Part shown: positions 30,296 through 40,913 of the stretch, piece after piece
How the letters are laid out: every line of letters starts with the position of its first letter
Position numbering within the stretch: position 1 is the stretch's first letter
From: a virus
Length of the DNA stretch: 64,000 bases
Virus record (IMG/VR): IMGVR_UViG_3300012944_000001
Span: 1-64,000 of that record
Strand: one strand, 5' to 3'
The notes under the pieces: generated by a model
What the model was told of the DNA's origin: nothing
The model's database searches: none
Seen by the model: the letters and a program-made list of their open reading frames with translations, nothing else
Made by a program: the position numbers and the translations under genes

Positions 30296-30676
30296 ATGCG
30301 TGATCATTCTCTCAACTCGCTTGGTCAGATCATCGCTGCGGCCAAAGAATCGGGTAGTCATTTCTTTGACAAGGATACTTTGCGCTTCTTCAGTTGCCGC
30401 GTGTCTGAGATGGTCTATCCTACGTTTGGTTTCTATGGAACTCTGTTCGTTACCAGCGAGCACGATCGCGGATCTTCTTACGGACAGCATGCACGGTATT
30501 ACACTGTTCGCCGTGCCTACTGGACCGAAGTAACTGAGTGGGAAGATCCTATTCTTTCTATCGGAACACTTCTCAGTATTGAAACTGTTGGTGAATTTCA
30601 GCAGTACGCCAGTCGTTCTGGTGCCCATCGTGCGGCTAAGCGTATGCGGCTTTCGCATATGATTCCGACGGAGTAA
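30296..30676 (+). CDS. hypothetical protein
   Basis: AGGAGG RBS; HFFD.DT.RFF..R...FVTSE motif common in phages. Confidence 0.7.
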   Translation: MRDHSLNSLGQIIAAAKESGSHFFDKDTLRFFSCRVSEMVYPTFGFYGTLFVTSEHDRGSSYGQHARYYTVRRAYWTEVTEWEDPILSIGTLLSIETVGEFQQYASRSGAHRAAKRMRLSHMIPTE

Positions 30677-30768
30677 TTCAGATCGCTTATATCATTCCTG
30701 AGGAAACTCGGGAGTGGTATTGGCTAGCTGAATCGGTTAGTCTTTATTACTCGAAAGGCTTTAATACT

Positions 30769-31005
30769 GTGCTACGTACCTATAACTTTCAGTCGCCCGC
30801 CGACATTCGTTCCGGTGACAAGGTAACTGATTTCCGGGGTCGTACATTCATTACCACGGGAATGGCAGAGTTTGTATTGGGTGATTATCATGTCAATGGC
30901 TACCTTGTGGGTAGTTCTTCATTCACCTCTTTCACCATTGATGGTGACTCTCTTGTCACTATCTCTTATGAGGAGGAGTACGCGGATAGTGAAGTAGACT
31001 TCTAA
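30769..31005 (+). CDS. hypothetical protein
   Basis: GAAAGG RBS. Confidence 0.55.
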   Translation: MLRTYNFQSPADIRSGDKVTDFRGRTFITTGMAEFVLGDYHVNGYLVGSSSFTSFTIDGDSLVTISYEEEYADSEVDF

Positions 31006-31270
31006 GCACACAGCATTACCACTCAGCAGGCATACACTCGTAAAATTGGGTGTATGCCTGCTTTTTCGTATTCCCTTTTAGGAGAGTTATGAACCATCAC
31101 CCTTTATGGACTAAGAAGACCTTTGCTTGTATTACTGCTTCAGTTGCCCTTACTTCCTGCGTCGCTCTGAGCGTCCATGATGCTAAGGGAGGCATACACC
31201 TTAGCCTGCCCGCTCATAGGGCATCAGACGGACACACAGAGCCCTCAACAAGTCTCGGAGGGAAGTAACG

Positions 31271-31441
31271 ATGCCCTACGCCATTCGTAAATCAGGAGCC
31301 GGATTCAAAGTGACCAACAAGAATACGGGCAAGACCTACAGTCGGCATGCGCAGTCACGAGACATGGCAGAGCGCCAACGCAGAGCCATCGCTGTATCCG
31401 AGTTCGGGCACGGCTCCTCATCCCACAAGGCAGGTTCCTAG
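31271..31441 (+). CDS. small basic protein MPYAIRKSG... (not in ORF track)
   Basis: GGAGG RBS; 56-codon ORF. Confidence 0.55.
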   Translation: MPYAIRKSGAGFKVTNKNTGKTYSRHAQSRDMAERQRRAIAVSEFGHGSSSHKAGS

Positions 31442-31621
31442 ACATCTAACAGAGCCGCTAGCACGTCTGTATGCGTCTCTAAGAGCCTTACGTCCCTTGG
31501 TTGGACTAGGAGACCTGCTCTCTATTTGATCTTGTTAGAGGAGCACACACAGCCTGTTTGTACCACATATTGTTTTCCTTGCCGACGGGCAGACAACATG
31601 AACCTGTCAATACGTCAACGC

Positions 31622-31670
31622 AAAAGAGCCCCACCAATTCCAGTTAAGGAAAAGGCAGGGCTCTTTTTTA
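31622..31670. terminator. bidirectional terminator
   Basis: AAAAGAGCCC...GGGCTCTTTTTT at the convergence point. Confidence 0.75.
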
Positions 31671-31671
31671 T

Positions 31672-31849
31672 TCAGTCATCCATAAGGTCAATGGTGATTC
31701 GGACCCTAGTCATATCCCTATTGTCAGTGTTCCATGCGTCTGAATCATAAACTACATTTTCCAATGCGTCGATGATATGTTGAATTGTACTACCCGCCTG
31801 ATCTGGTGTGTAGCCTTCAACAATAACCGAGCCGTAGTTGATTCGCATT
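31672..31849 (-). CDS. hypothetical protein
   Basis: AGGAGG RBS before MRINYG. Confidence 0.55.
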
Positions 31850-31920
31850 GCATTCCTCCTGTTAGTGAGCCATAGAGAAAGCCCCACCCTTTCGAGTGGA
31901 GCTATCCCTAAAACACACTA

Positions 31921-32616
31921 CTAGAACGGAGCTACCTCAGGCTGGTTCAGCTTGTGCGCGTTGATCTGAGCATCGGCCTTAGCCATCCACCAGGCACGTG
32001 CACTCTCAGTGTTCGCGCAGTGAGCCATGAACCAAGTGTTCTCAGAGACTCCAGCCGGAACAGCAGGAAGCGTCTCGGGAGCCTCAAAGTCCTCAGCGAT
32101 CTTGGACTCCTCAAACGTAGGCGTCCAAGTCTCGGGGAACTCTGCGTCAAGCAGCTTCTCTACGATCTCATCCATGATCTTTCCCGCTTCCTTCGCCTCT
32201 ACCATTCGTGGAACGGTAACAGTCTCCACAATCTCACTGTTTTCGTTGAGCGTGTAAGTCTCGTCAAGCTGAGGGGAAGGCACAATAGGCGCCTTAGCCT
32301 TAGTGGCACGCTTCGGCTTGGGAGCCTCTGCCGGAGGAAGCGGGTGGGTCATCAGAGCGTCATAAGCGGTCTGCTGAGCATTGGTCTCGCTGACATCCGG
32401 AATGGCGACCCACACGTTACCTCGTTCGAAACCGATAAGCTCAGCGTCGGCGAGGATGTTCAGGGCATCGAAAGTGCTCTGCCCAGTCTCGTCGTCCAGT
32501 TCCTGGACGGTAACAGGAGACTCCTCAGTAGGCGAGAATTCCACCACAGTCACAAACAGGGCAACCAGGTCGGTACCGTCAATCTCGACACTCTGAACCT
32601 TGGTACGACTAGCCAT
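31921..32616 (-). CDS. hypothetical acidic protein
   Basis: GAAAGGA RBS; promoter at 32667-32695; host-like codon use. Confidence 0.75.
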   Translation of the reverse strand: MASRTKVQSVEIDGTDLVALFVTVVEFSPTEESPVTVQELDDETGQSTFDALNILADAELIGFERGNVWVAIPDVSETNAQQTAYDALMTHPLPPAEAPKPKRATKAKAPIVPSPQLDETYTLNENSEIVETVTVPRMVEAKEAGKIMDEIVEKLLDAEFPETWTPTFEESKIAEDFEAPETLPAVPAGVSENTWFMAHCANTESARAWWMAKADAQINAHKLNQPEVAPF

Positions 32617-32666
32617 TGTGCTTGTCCTTTCGTTCGTGGTTCCCCTCTAGGAACCTCACAAGGAAG

Positions 32667-32695
32667 ACACTAGCGATCAGTGTCTACCCTGTCAA
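32667..32695 (-). promoter_or_regulatory. sigma70/HrdB-type promoter
   Basis: Minus strand TTGACA-N17-TAGTGT. Confidence 0.7.
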
Positions 32696-32714
32696 GCCAC
32701 TAGCTCAAGATCTT

Positions 32715-33263
32715 TTACAACTCACATGGTCCCATACACACGGGACACTCATACTCTTCTACGTCGTAGAAGTCGTAAGGGTCCGTCAGAGCGTCGTAAT
32801 CGGTCCAGTCGTAGTCTTCTACGGCGTAACCGTACTCTGCCTCTTCCTGCTGCTCACGCTCCCACTCACGTAGCCACAACACGCGTTCCTTGCGCTTGAT
32901 CTCCCTACGGAGAGTCTTACCGCGCTCCCCTTCATCTCTGTAGTGGTGTGACAGGACACGAGAGTTAGCAGAGACGCCCGCACCGTTCTTGTACTTACGG
33001 CGTCCGCCGCTCCGCAAGCGCGAAACAGGAACGCCTTTTTCTGTAGCGTGAACCAAGTTCGGACGCTTGTACTCATAAGCGGGGGGAAGGGATTCGACAA
33101 ACGCATCCCAAACCTTCATTTTGGAAACGTAGCGATAAGTCGCTTTGGTGTAAAGCGAAATGTCACCATTGAATTCCGAAAGGCGCGGGTATTCGGGCTT
33201 TTCCATGCGCTCTCGCGTCTCCCGGTTGAAACCCACCCACTTACCAGCGCGGTAGTAGATCAT
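32715..33263 (-). CDS. hypothetical protein, acidic tail with CPVC
   Basis: AGGAAGGA RBS before MIYYRAG. Confidence 0.65.
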   Translation of the reverse strand: MIYYRAGKWVGFNRETRERMEKPEYPRLSEFNGDISLYTKATYRYVSKMKVWDAFVESLPPAYEYKRPNLVHATEKGVPVSRLRSGGRRKYKNGAGVSANSRVLSHHYRDEGERGKTLRREIKRKERVLWLREWEREQQEEAEYGYAVEDYDWTDYDALTDPYDFYDVEEYECPVCMGPCEL

Positions 33264-33590
33264 TCGCCGTGTTCCTTCCTGCTGTCTTGCTGTTGTGTCC
33301 AACTTAGTGGACACCCCCACACCCTGTCAAGCGACAGGACACAAGAGAATCAACTAGCCAAGATCAGAAATTATACTCTTTATGGAATACTGATCGAACA
33401 CTGGTTCTTTCTTTCAGTAATGACTTTCAGTGTGAAGCAATAACAAAGAATACTATCAGCACGACAACCATTAGCGTGATAAAAGATCCTCCGCCATTGT
33501 TTTCTTTTTCGTTTATTTCTTTCTTCATGAGATTTCCCTTTCTAGGAAACCATAACCACTCCCCTGATTTAGGGGAATGATTAAAGCTTA

Positions 33591-33800
33591 CTAGAGAATA
33601 AGACTACCTAGCCACCAGAGTAGAAAACCTAGTCCCACAAAGAAAGCGGGAACAATAGTTATGGCAGGAAGAAGACAACAACCATAAACCAGTCCTTTGG
33701 CTAGTGGCCCTTCATCACCATAACCGTTTTCGAATGCGGATCCCATACGGTCACGTAATGGAGCGTTACGAGTTGAATTGAATCGCGCCCATTTTGGCAT
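33591..33800 (-). CDS. small membrane protein
   Basis: C-terminal hydrophobic helix. Confidence 0.55.
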   Translation of the reverse strand: MPKWARFNSTRNAPLRDRMGSAFENGYGDEGPLAKGLVYGCCLLPAITIVPAFFVGLGFLLWWLGSLIL

Positions 33801-34019
33801 TAGATCAGCTCAAGCTTTCGTGCCGTGGTGCGCTTGATAACACGCATTTGCGTAGTAGAGGAAAATCCCTTGATAAAGCCATTACAGGCTTTCTTGGTAA
33901 GCGGAAGTGTCCAACCGAATACTACGCGCTCACTCTTAGCCGTGCGCTCAGTGACAACATAATGCCGATCGGCAGCAAGCATCTGTGAAACCTCCTGTGT
34001 GCCGTTGTGTGGGACTGGA

Positions 34020-34310
34020 TCAGATAGCAGTGTACAGTTCCCGCAACGTCTTACGGTAAGCGCTCATACGGTCAGTCAGAGCCTTGAACTGTGCTTCCTC
34101 AGCGACAGTCCAGCGACTGATTCCCCGCACGCCCGGAAAACGTGTTGCAGGAATTTCGGGGTTATTGAATTGTGCCACCGTGTAATTGTTGATGTAGAAA
34201 TCCGGACCGTAATCCTTGATAAAACGCGCACGCATAGCGATCTGCTTATTGCGCATACGGACAAGATGCGGGTTAGCGGCAATAGTGTGGGCGAGCTCAA
34301 TTTCCTGCAT
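34020..34310 (-). CDS. hypothetical protein
   Basis: GAGGA RBS. Confidence 0.6.
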   Translation of the reverse strand: MQEIELAHTIAANPHLVRMRNKQIAMRARFIKDYGPDFYINNYTVAQFNNPEIPATRFPGVRGISRWTVAEEAQFKALTDRMSAYRKTLRELYTAI

Positions 34311-34592
34311 TTTCTGTTCCTCTCTTGTTGGCTACCTCTAGCCAACCATACCCGCCACCCTGTGTCAAGCACAGAGAGACGAGTAAAGCAGTCTAGATCG
34401 GGTAAAGCTCAGTGCCTGTTACCAGTACTCCGTTATTTTCCCACGTGTGATCGAATACCACCCGATATACTTCACAGTTGGGCAAGCACTCAATAATAGT
34501 TCCCCGAGAACCCCAGTCTCGGGTTCGGCCCACACGATCATTTACTGAGTATTCATGAACAAATCCCCAACTAGAAGTAGCCATTAACACTC

Positions 34593-34919
34593 CTAAAAAT
34601 CTAGTTCCCGGTTTTCCTCGCAGTCAATCACTTGAGTTCGTACTGCGTGTGGAGCATTGTACACCTCGCCGCACTCTTCCGCAGGCTCACCACACGGGCA
34701 GGATGTCTTAGCTTCCTCCTCACACGTTCTCGTACGCGATGCAGCACATAGGAACGCATCAGACTCGCTACGTGTCTTGTAAGGCACGTCATATCCGTCT
34801 GTGTCCACCTGATACCAGCCGTTGATGTGCCGAGAAACGGTGGTATTTGCCCACAAATCTTCTGCTTGCCAAACACGGTATTCCCGCATTTCGGTCCAGC
34901 CGTTGTAAGTGGCCATCAA
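34593..34919 (-). CDS. hypothetical protein
   Basis: Operonic ORF. Confidence 0.6.
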   Translation of the reverse strand: MMATYNGWTEMREYRVWQAEDLWANTTVSRHINGWYQVDTDGYDVPYKTRSESDAFLCAASRTRTCEEEAKTSCPCGEPAEECGEVYNAPHAVRTQVIDCEENRELDF

Positions 34920-35200
34920 TCCTCACGCTCTTCCACATCTTCCATAGCGTGGATAACTACGCCATGAAAAACAGCAGTAAGACCAAACGCTAGAGATTCC
35001 TTAGGAACACACAAAATTGTGTGCTTTTCCTTAGTCTCCTCTGCTAGGCGAGCCGCTTCTTCTTCAGCACTATTAAGTGCGTTATAACCGCCCATATCGG
35101 TATGAGTATAAAATGTTTTTGGAATTCCTTGAAAAACAATATAGCACTTGTCCTCAGGGGCCATTTCTGTAAATTCTCCCATTAGTTCGCTTCCTTTCAA
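34916..35200 (-). CDS. hypothetical protein
   Basis: Operonic ORF. Confidence 0.55.
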   Translation of the reverse strand: MKGSELMGEFTEMAPEDKCYIVFQGIPKTFYTHTDMGGYNALNSAEEEAARLAEETKEKHTILCVPKESLAFGLTAVFHGVVIHAMEDVEERED

Positions 35201-35248
35201 CTAGGCGAACAACACCGAACACCTTTGCAGATGTGCGATGCAATACGT

Positions 35249-35440
35249 CTAGTCTTCAACTAGCAGTGCGTTCCGAATCTTTCGCAAGTCAGGGTCCGTA
35301 AAGAAGTCTTCCAATGCCCCTTGGATTCTCTCAGAACTCAAATCCCTATCCTTGAGAATACGCACAAAGGCAATCATGCCATCAATCAAGCCTTCGGTAA
35401 TACCTTCTTCAGAACGGCAACTTCCCATTTCCTCAGACAT
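35249..35440 (-). CDS. hypothetical protein
   Basis: Operonic ORF. Confidence 0.55.
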   Translation of the reverse strand: MSEEMGSCRSEEGITEGLIDGMIAFVRILKDRDLSSERIQGALEDFFTDPDLRKIRNALLVED

Positions 35441-35458
35441 ATTAATTAGCTTTCTGTG

Positions 35459-35842
35459 TTAGGCAAGAACAGAAAGGGCACGTACTTCAGCGTCTCCCCA
35501 ACTATTGCCATTATCCTGATAACTCTGAGCGTAGCGCAGCATATCCAATGCCTTACGCTCAAACTCAAGAATTCCTCGCCCGGACAAACTCTCTACTACG
35601 CTCCGTGCAGGGCGAGTCTCATAGTCTGAGAGAACATACAAGGGAACCCCAAGTCGATGCAGAACATTACCCACAATGCAGCCCGGCTTGTCTGTGTGAA
35701 CGTACTGGCACTGAATTTCTACAGCGTTTTCCAAATTAGCTACCTCACCCGCTTCATTGGTGTATACGTAATCTGCTCCCTTTTCCTCCACCGCTTCCCT
35801 AAGAGCCTCAGCGACACTCTCTACGGAAAGAGCAATGGTCAT
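35459..35842 (-). CDS. hypothetical protein
   Basis: GGAAGGA RBS before MTIALS; C.Y....PGCIVG...Q..QD.G..WG motif. Confidence 0.65.
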   Translation of the reverse strand: MTIALSVESVAEALREAVEEKGADYVYTNEAGEVANLENAVEIQCQYVHTDKPGCIVGNVLHRLGVPLYVLSDYETRPARSVVESLSGRGILEFERKALDMLRYAQSYQDNGNSWGDAEVRALSVLA

Positions 35843-36405
35843 AATGTATTCCTTCCATTGTTTGCCCAATCGGACAACACCACTCCCGAATTACTCAGGA
35901 ATGATGCAATGCGATTAGTCCTGAATGGTAGGCCACTGAGCGCGGTCGGCAGAGAGCCACACAATCTCGTCCCTGTCATCCATCAGAACGGCTACAGAGC
36001 CGTCAGAGCGCTTCCCACACGTGATACCCGTACGGCCATCAACGAAATGAGCCTTACGCATGATGTCTCCTTTATCTTGCCGAATCCTCTAATTCGGTCA
36101 AAGCCACTTCCGGAACACATTTCCCACAAGGAAAGGATTTCCGGCCATGACTCAAACAGAATTAAAGCCTGTCTACCATAGGAGAGAGAATTTGAACCCT
36201 GTCTGGAGAATATTCTTCCAGCAGTTCGGACACTCTGTCTTCTGCATCATTAAGCGTATCGTGCTCGGAATCATCCGACCAGCAATATGTATAGGCCACC
36301 TGTACTTTGAACATGTGAACTTCTTTCTCTACTCGCACTCAACTAGGTGGACAGTGGAGACGCTAGCATGGCCTTTGAGAGGTTGTCTAGCGTCCCACAA
36401 TCCGA

Positions 36406-36810
36406 TTAGAGGGTAATACTCAGTGCTCGACGCTCCAGAACCACTAGGCGCCAAAGGTTGGTCAGACGGTCCAATGCATCAGAGTTGGAATACCTTCCCC
36501 AACCCTCTGTAACATCGAAATCGTCAAAGGGTACATCTTCCGCATTGAAGCCGTGGGCGATGTATGTGTTGTCGTCTGCGGTATTCGCGTCATTGGTGAG
36601 CCCGAAGTGCCGCATACCATCCAGCCAATCCCTTCCCACACCCAAGTGCTGAGCAGCTTGAGCAGTCACACAGGCCATACCGTCGGACACATTCAGAGTG
36701 TCAAGGTTGAGCAGCTTCCACCAGTCAGGGAATCGCTCGTCCAACAGAGCAACACCCTTAGCCACACGAGCGGAATAATCGATGTCGCCCGGCAGGTAAT
36801 CAATCGTCAT
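36406..36810 (-). CDS. hypothetical protein
   Basis: RVAKGVALLDE..PDWW motif; RBS. Confidence 0.65.
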   Translation of the reverse strand: MTIDYLPGDIDYSARVAKGVALLDERFPDWWKLLNLDTLNVSDGMACVTAQAAQHLGVGRDWLDGMRHFGLTNDANTADDNTYIAHGFNAEDVPFDDFDVTEGWGRYSNSDALDRLTNLWRLVVLERRALSITL

Positions 36811-37057
36811 AGCTTTTCCCTTTTCTCTGCGGAATTGCCCTGATTGGACAACACCGAATTCACAGAGTGAATACGATGCAATTCAATCAGCGATTCTTAT
36901 TGGAAAGTCCAATCACAAAAACGATGGCAAGTCCAAGAAAGGACCCCACGCCCGCCCATATGATGAGCCAGCCAATCGCGTTCGCAATTTCCTCAACAAT
37001 ATCCATTAGGTCTGCTCCCTTTTGATTAGTTGACCATAGGCAGGCTCAATACTTTAT

Positions 37058-37261
37058 TTAGGAGAGTTCGTTCTTGGCACTTTCCAGTGTCCAGAAATCG
37101 GTTTCGTAGATGTAATACTTCTCATCTTCGAATTTGATGAGGGAAAATATGACCGAACCAAACATATCGTGCTTATAAACTCGAATGTTTTCCTTTTCGT
37201 ACACCATTACTGAATCATTGATGTATTCAGCGGCGCCGAAGGTTTCGAATTCAATCCACAT
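37058..37261 (-). CDS. hypothetical protein enclosed by an inverted repeat
   Basis: ORF between IR arms 37029-37052 and 37276-37299. Confidence 0.55.
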   Translation of the reverse strand: MWIEFETFGAAEYINDSVMVYEKENIRVYKHDMFGSVIFSLIKFEDEKYYIYETDFWTLESAKNELS

Positions 37262-37403
37262 GGCATTTCCATTCTGTATTGAGCCTACTTAAGGTCAACC
37301 ACTCAACTCACTTACTGCACAAACACACATTATGTGCGCGGCTCATTCAGTGAGGAATGGAGACCATTTACTAGGCAGTGATAGGGCCACTGGAATTTTT
37401 ATA

Positions 37404-37712
37404 TTACATTTCTGAAATTTTACGGGAATGTTCTACGATGTCAGCCACGGTCAACCAGCCAATTACATTATCGAATTCATTGGCCCCGATTTTTACAGTG
37501 ACTGTGTTGACTTCACTGTCTCGCAGCAGAATTTCCCACAGTCCTTGATTTGCCCCGTAGGTTCCTCCAAAACCGCTCTTTCCTTTGCGGTTTCGAATGA
37601 TAGAAAGACTGTAGCCATTCTTGAAATGGACCTCATATGCGTGGTTGATGGGATCCGCGTGTTCCTCTACGAATTCCACACCATCAATTGCGTAAAGTTC
37701 CTGGAAGTACAT
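37404..37712 (-). CDS. hypothetical protein
   Basis: F.NGY.LSII....YG...GLWEI motif; AGGAG RBS. Confidence 0.65.
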   Translation of the reverse strand: MYFQELYAIDGVEFVEEHADPINHAYEVHFKNGYSLSIIRNRKGKSGFGGTYGANQGLWEILLRDSEVNTVTVKIGANEFDNVIGWLTVADIVEHSRKISEM

Positions 37713-38543
37713 AGGATTTCTCCTGCCTAATTCCAGTGACCTTAACACCGCCTAGTATAAGCTTGGCGTCCACTATTGAGTTATCAAGGATCCTGATTCC
37801 GTTTCGAGTTGCTTTCGCTTCCCGTCCCGCTCATTCGGTGTTGCTGGTAGAACCGTACTGCCTTGCGGTGTTGCTGTCAACTCCCCTGCCCAGTAGGCAT
37901 GTTGGACTACACACCCGCAGGCTATCGTCTTTCCCCACCCTAAAAGGCAGGGGAGTCAAATTGTGGCTAGTTCTGTATAGCTTTTGCCTAGTGGCATGAG
38001 CCCTACCCCTAACCCACCACACGAGACTAGAGGACTCTCTCACTGCTGTACAGAACTTGCGTTCCCTCGTCTAAGCCAAGAACAGAGCCTTTTCCACAGG
38101 TGGGTTTGCGCCCCGCTGATACTCTAAGCGTTCAAGGATACGAACTAGCCGGAACTATCACCAGCGTATGAGCGTCCGTTGCGTCGTTTTAGGCCCTAGG
38201 GCTGTCTCGCTCTGGCGTTGCTCTGTGCTGCTGACAGGTAGAACACTACTCAGATCCGGCGCTGTGTCAAGTCCAGACACAGAAACACCCTCTGACCAGG
38301 TCTTTTCGCCTAGTACAGAGGGTGTCTCATGCTCAGTCTTGCGCCGCGTACAGCCTGTTGATCATGTTCATGACTTGCACATAACGTAGCCCTATAGTGG
38401 CGTTGTCATTGAGCACGTACAGAGCCTGCGTCAGTAGGTCTAGATCCTCCTCTGTGAGCCCTGTAAGGCTGTAGAGGGGTTCCTGTACCTCCGTCGGCTC
38501 CTGGGCGCTCTGAGAGTCGTTTACGGGCATTGGATGATCCTTC

Positions 38544-38870
38544 CTAGATGTCGTACAGCGCGTGCTGTAGTTCCACACCTTCCGAGTCTTCCAGAGACAC
38601 AAGATCCAGCGCATCTCTCAGACGCTCCAGATGTCCCTCTGAGAGATCCGTCAGCATGTACCGACCTGATCCAGTCATCCACACAGTGGGAGACTTGACA
38701 AGAGCCTCTGAAGCAGTGCCTGTGCCTTCCTCTGTGTATCCGGCGCACTGAACAAGCTCTGATCTATCAGTGTGACTATGAGGAGCATGCTCGATTTCAT
38801 CCCATGCATCTTGGCAACCCAACCAAGCGACTACTTGGGAACGCTTATTGTTAGCCAGCGACATTGTCAT
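38544..38870 (-). CDS. hypothetical protein
   Basis: AAGGA RBS. Confidence 0.55.
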   Translation of the reverse strand: MTMSLANNKRSQVVAWLGCQDAWDEIEHAPHSHTDRSELVQCAGYTEEGTGTASEALVKSPTVWMTGSGRYMLTDLSEGHLERLRDALDLVSLEDSEGVELQHALYDI

Positions 38871-39425
38871 CTTCCTTTACTGGAATTTCTGAGTCAGTAA
38901 GAATAGAAACTACTTGAGAACAAATAAGAACTATTGCTCCTCCACCATCATATGGAAGAAAAGTATATGAATCATGATTACGAATATTCCATTCCAATAA
39001 CTGAATAGGAATTTTGTTTAGGACAGTCATTTTTACATTTCCCAATAGAAAGAATTGAACTCTTCGCTCCTCCACTAAAGGATAACCAGAGGGAAATGGA
39101 TCAATATCTTTACGTTTGAACAATTCTATTCTCCTTTTGTTCCATAAATAATAATCCAAGCAAGGAATAAGAAACACATTCCAGAAGGAATACCAAAGAC
39201 AACCAGCCAATCAAATAAAGATACTTCTGGCAAAGATATATCCTTTCTTTTATGTATAAATATACAATATGTTTTTCCTATGAAAAGAATATACATATTA
39301 TATAAAGAAACATAAACGATTATATTTAGAATATCTATTCATATATTCTTTTGTATTTATAAAAGAAGAGTGTACTACCAAGAGACTGTAATTGTCAATC
39401 CCTTGGTAGTACCCCTTACAGCCTC

Positions 39426-39662
39426 TCAGACTCCACAGAAATCCTGAATGGTGACGGAATCGTGATAGTCGTCCCATACAGCCGTAGAACCCTCGTTCAT
39501 AGCCGTTTCCAGCAGGGCAAAGCCACACTCATGCGCGAACCAACGCCCGGCTACGTAAGCATCATATGCCCATGAGCCGAACTCTTGGGATACGAAAACC
39601 TCGTAAGCCTCAAACACGTACTCATAAACGTCATCCTCACAGTTGTAGAACCATGCGTACAT
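39426..39662 (-). CDS. hypothetical protein
   Basis: GAGGA RBS. Confidence 0.6.
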   Translation of the reverse strand: MYAWFYNCEDDVYEYVFEAYEVFVSQEFGSWAYDAYVAGRWFAHECGFALLETAMNEGSTAVWDDYHDSVTIQDFCGV

Positions 39663-40271
39663 GTCTCGTTCCTCTCGCTTGGCCCTTAAAGGGCTCTGTA
39701 CGCTCCTCTAAGCGTCCAACACAAGTCAGGTGGCACAATCCCTCACCTGACTCATGCAAGGTGCTTACAGCGGCTTAGGCAAGGCTCTTAGAAAGTTATT
39801 ATTTTATTGAATTTCACTCGCGTATTTAGATAAAAATCGTTTTATACACGTATTCGAGATTATCGTCATTAGCTTTACCTTTATCTACAGCAGCTCTTAG
39901 GAGTTTTGCCGAATAGAATTCTGAATAATTTTTTCTGTTTCCTTCCAACATATAGAAATTTACGAAAAACTTTGTACGAAAAGATCCACGAATACCGCCT
40001 TCCAATGTACCACCTTTATGTTTTGCTTCCGTTTTTGCGGCTATGTCAGTTACGATAACTTCCATTACCAGCACACCACATTTATATACCAAAAGGCTAT
40101 ATGCTTTACCATCGTACATTTCGTATTCTCCTCTGATTGGCGAATAACGCCATGCAAGGCTCTCAGCGGTTCGTGTGCCAAGTTCCCACATATTTTCTCT
40201 TGGCTTTACGACACATTTTGCAATAGCGGTATTGATAAATGGAATATGCGGGCCAATGCCATTCGCCCCAT

Positions 40272-40637
40272 TTATGCAAATGCATTTTTATCCTTTCGAG
40301 AAAGCATGAAATTGGTTTCCTTCTGACTTTCACATTCACAGTAATTCGTATGAATTTCCTCACCCACATTTTGCATGTGCTGAATATACTGTGAAAGTGC
40401 ATTCAAGCACATACGGGCATTTCCATTCGCTTCCGCGTATTCTTTATCGGTAGCGAAATCGGAAAGCTGAGCATCACACGTGACCACGCCCAGGGTGCTA
40501 AGAGCAGTTGAATTCGGCGAACCAGGAGAATGCCACCAGGCAGCGATAACCTGTGCACACTTATCCGTGATGATGTCCTCATGCAGCCACGCGTCCGCTA
40601 CGACCGTATAAACGGCTTGCTCGTATTCAGTGGGCAT
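40272..40637 (-). CDS. hypothetical protein
   Basis: AGGAAGGA RBS. Confidence 0.6.
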   Translation of the reverse strand: MPTEYEQAVYTVVADAWLHEDIITDKCAQVIAAWWHSPGSPNSTALSTLGVVTCDAQLSDFATDKEYAEANGNARMCLNALSQYIQHMQNVGEEIHTNYCECESQKETNFMLSRKDKNAFA

Positions 40638-40913
40638 TTACAGGACTTCCTTCCTCATTGGCCTTAATCCAATTGACTTCAGCGTGCGCGACGCCCTTGG
40701 ACATTCCGCATTCCTGGTAAAGCGCATTCAGCAGCAATCCAAAGGGCTCATTGTTCTTCCATGCACTCACAACAGCACGTGCGAGAACATGCTTACGAGT
40801 TTCCATTCGCTGTACGCCTTTCTAAGCGTCTCTCGGGCTGTAGATGGTCCCTACTGCCATAGACACTCTGCGAGGCTCTTAGAGAGTCACGCAGGATGCC
40901 TAAAGCGGTACGG

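Larger units (their letters stand above)
28888..37299. repeat. family of about 12 related imperfect intergenic hairpins (putative RNase III-type processing sites)
   Basis: See finding; core YATCATTC-loop-GAGTGGTR in several copies. Confidence 0.65.

Noticed and set aside
31954-32673. Long + strand ORFs (also 33999-34496, 35657-36181, 41364-41912, 42376-43146)
   Set aside because: Antisense shadows of minus-strand genes with clear RBS and promoters
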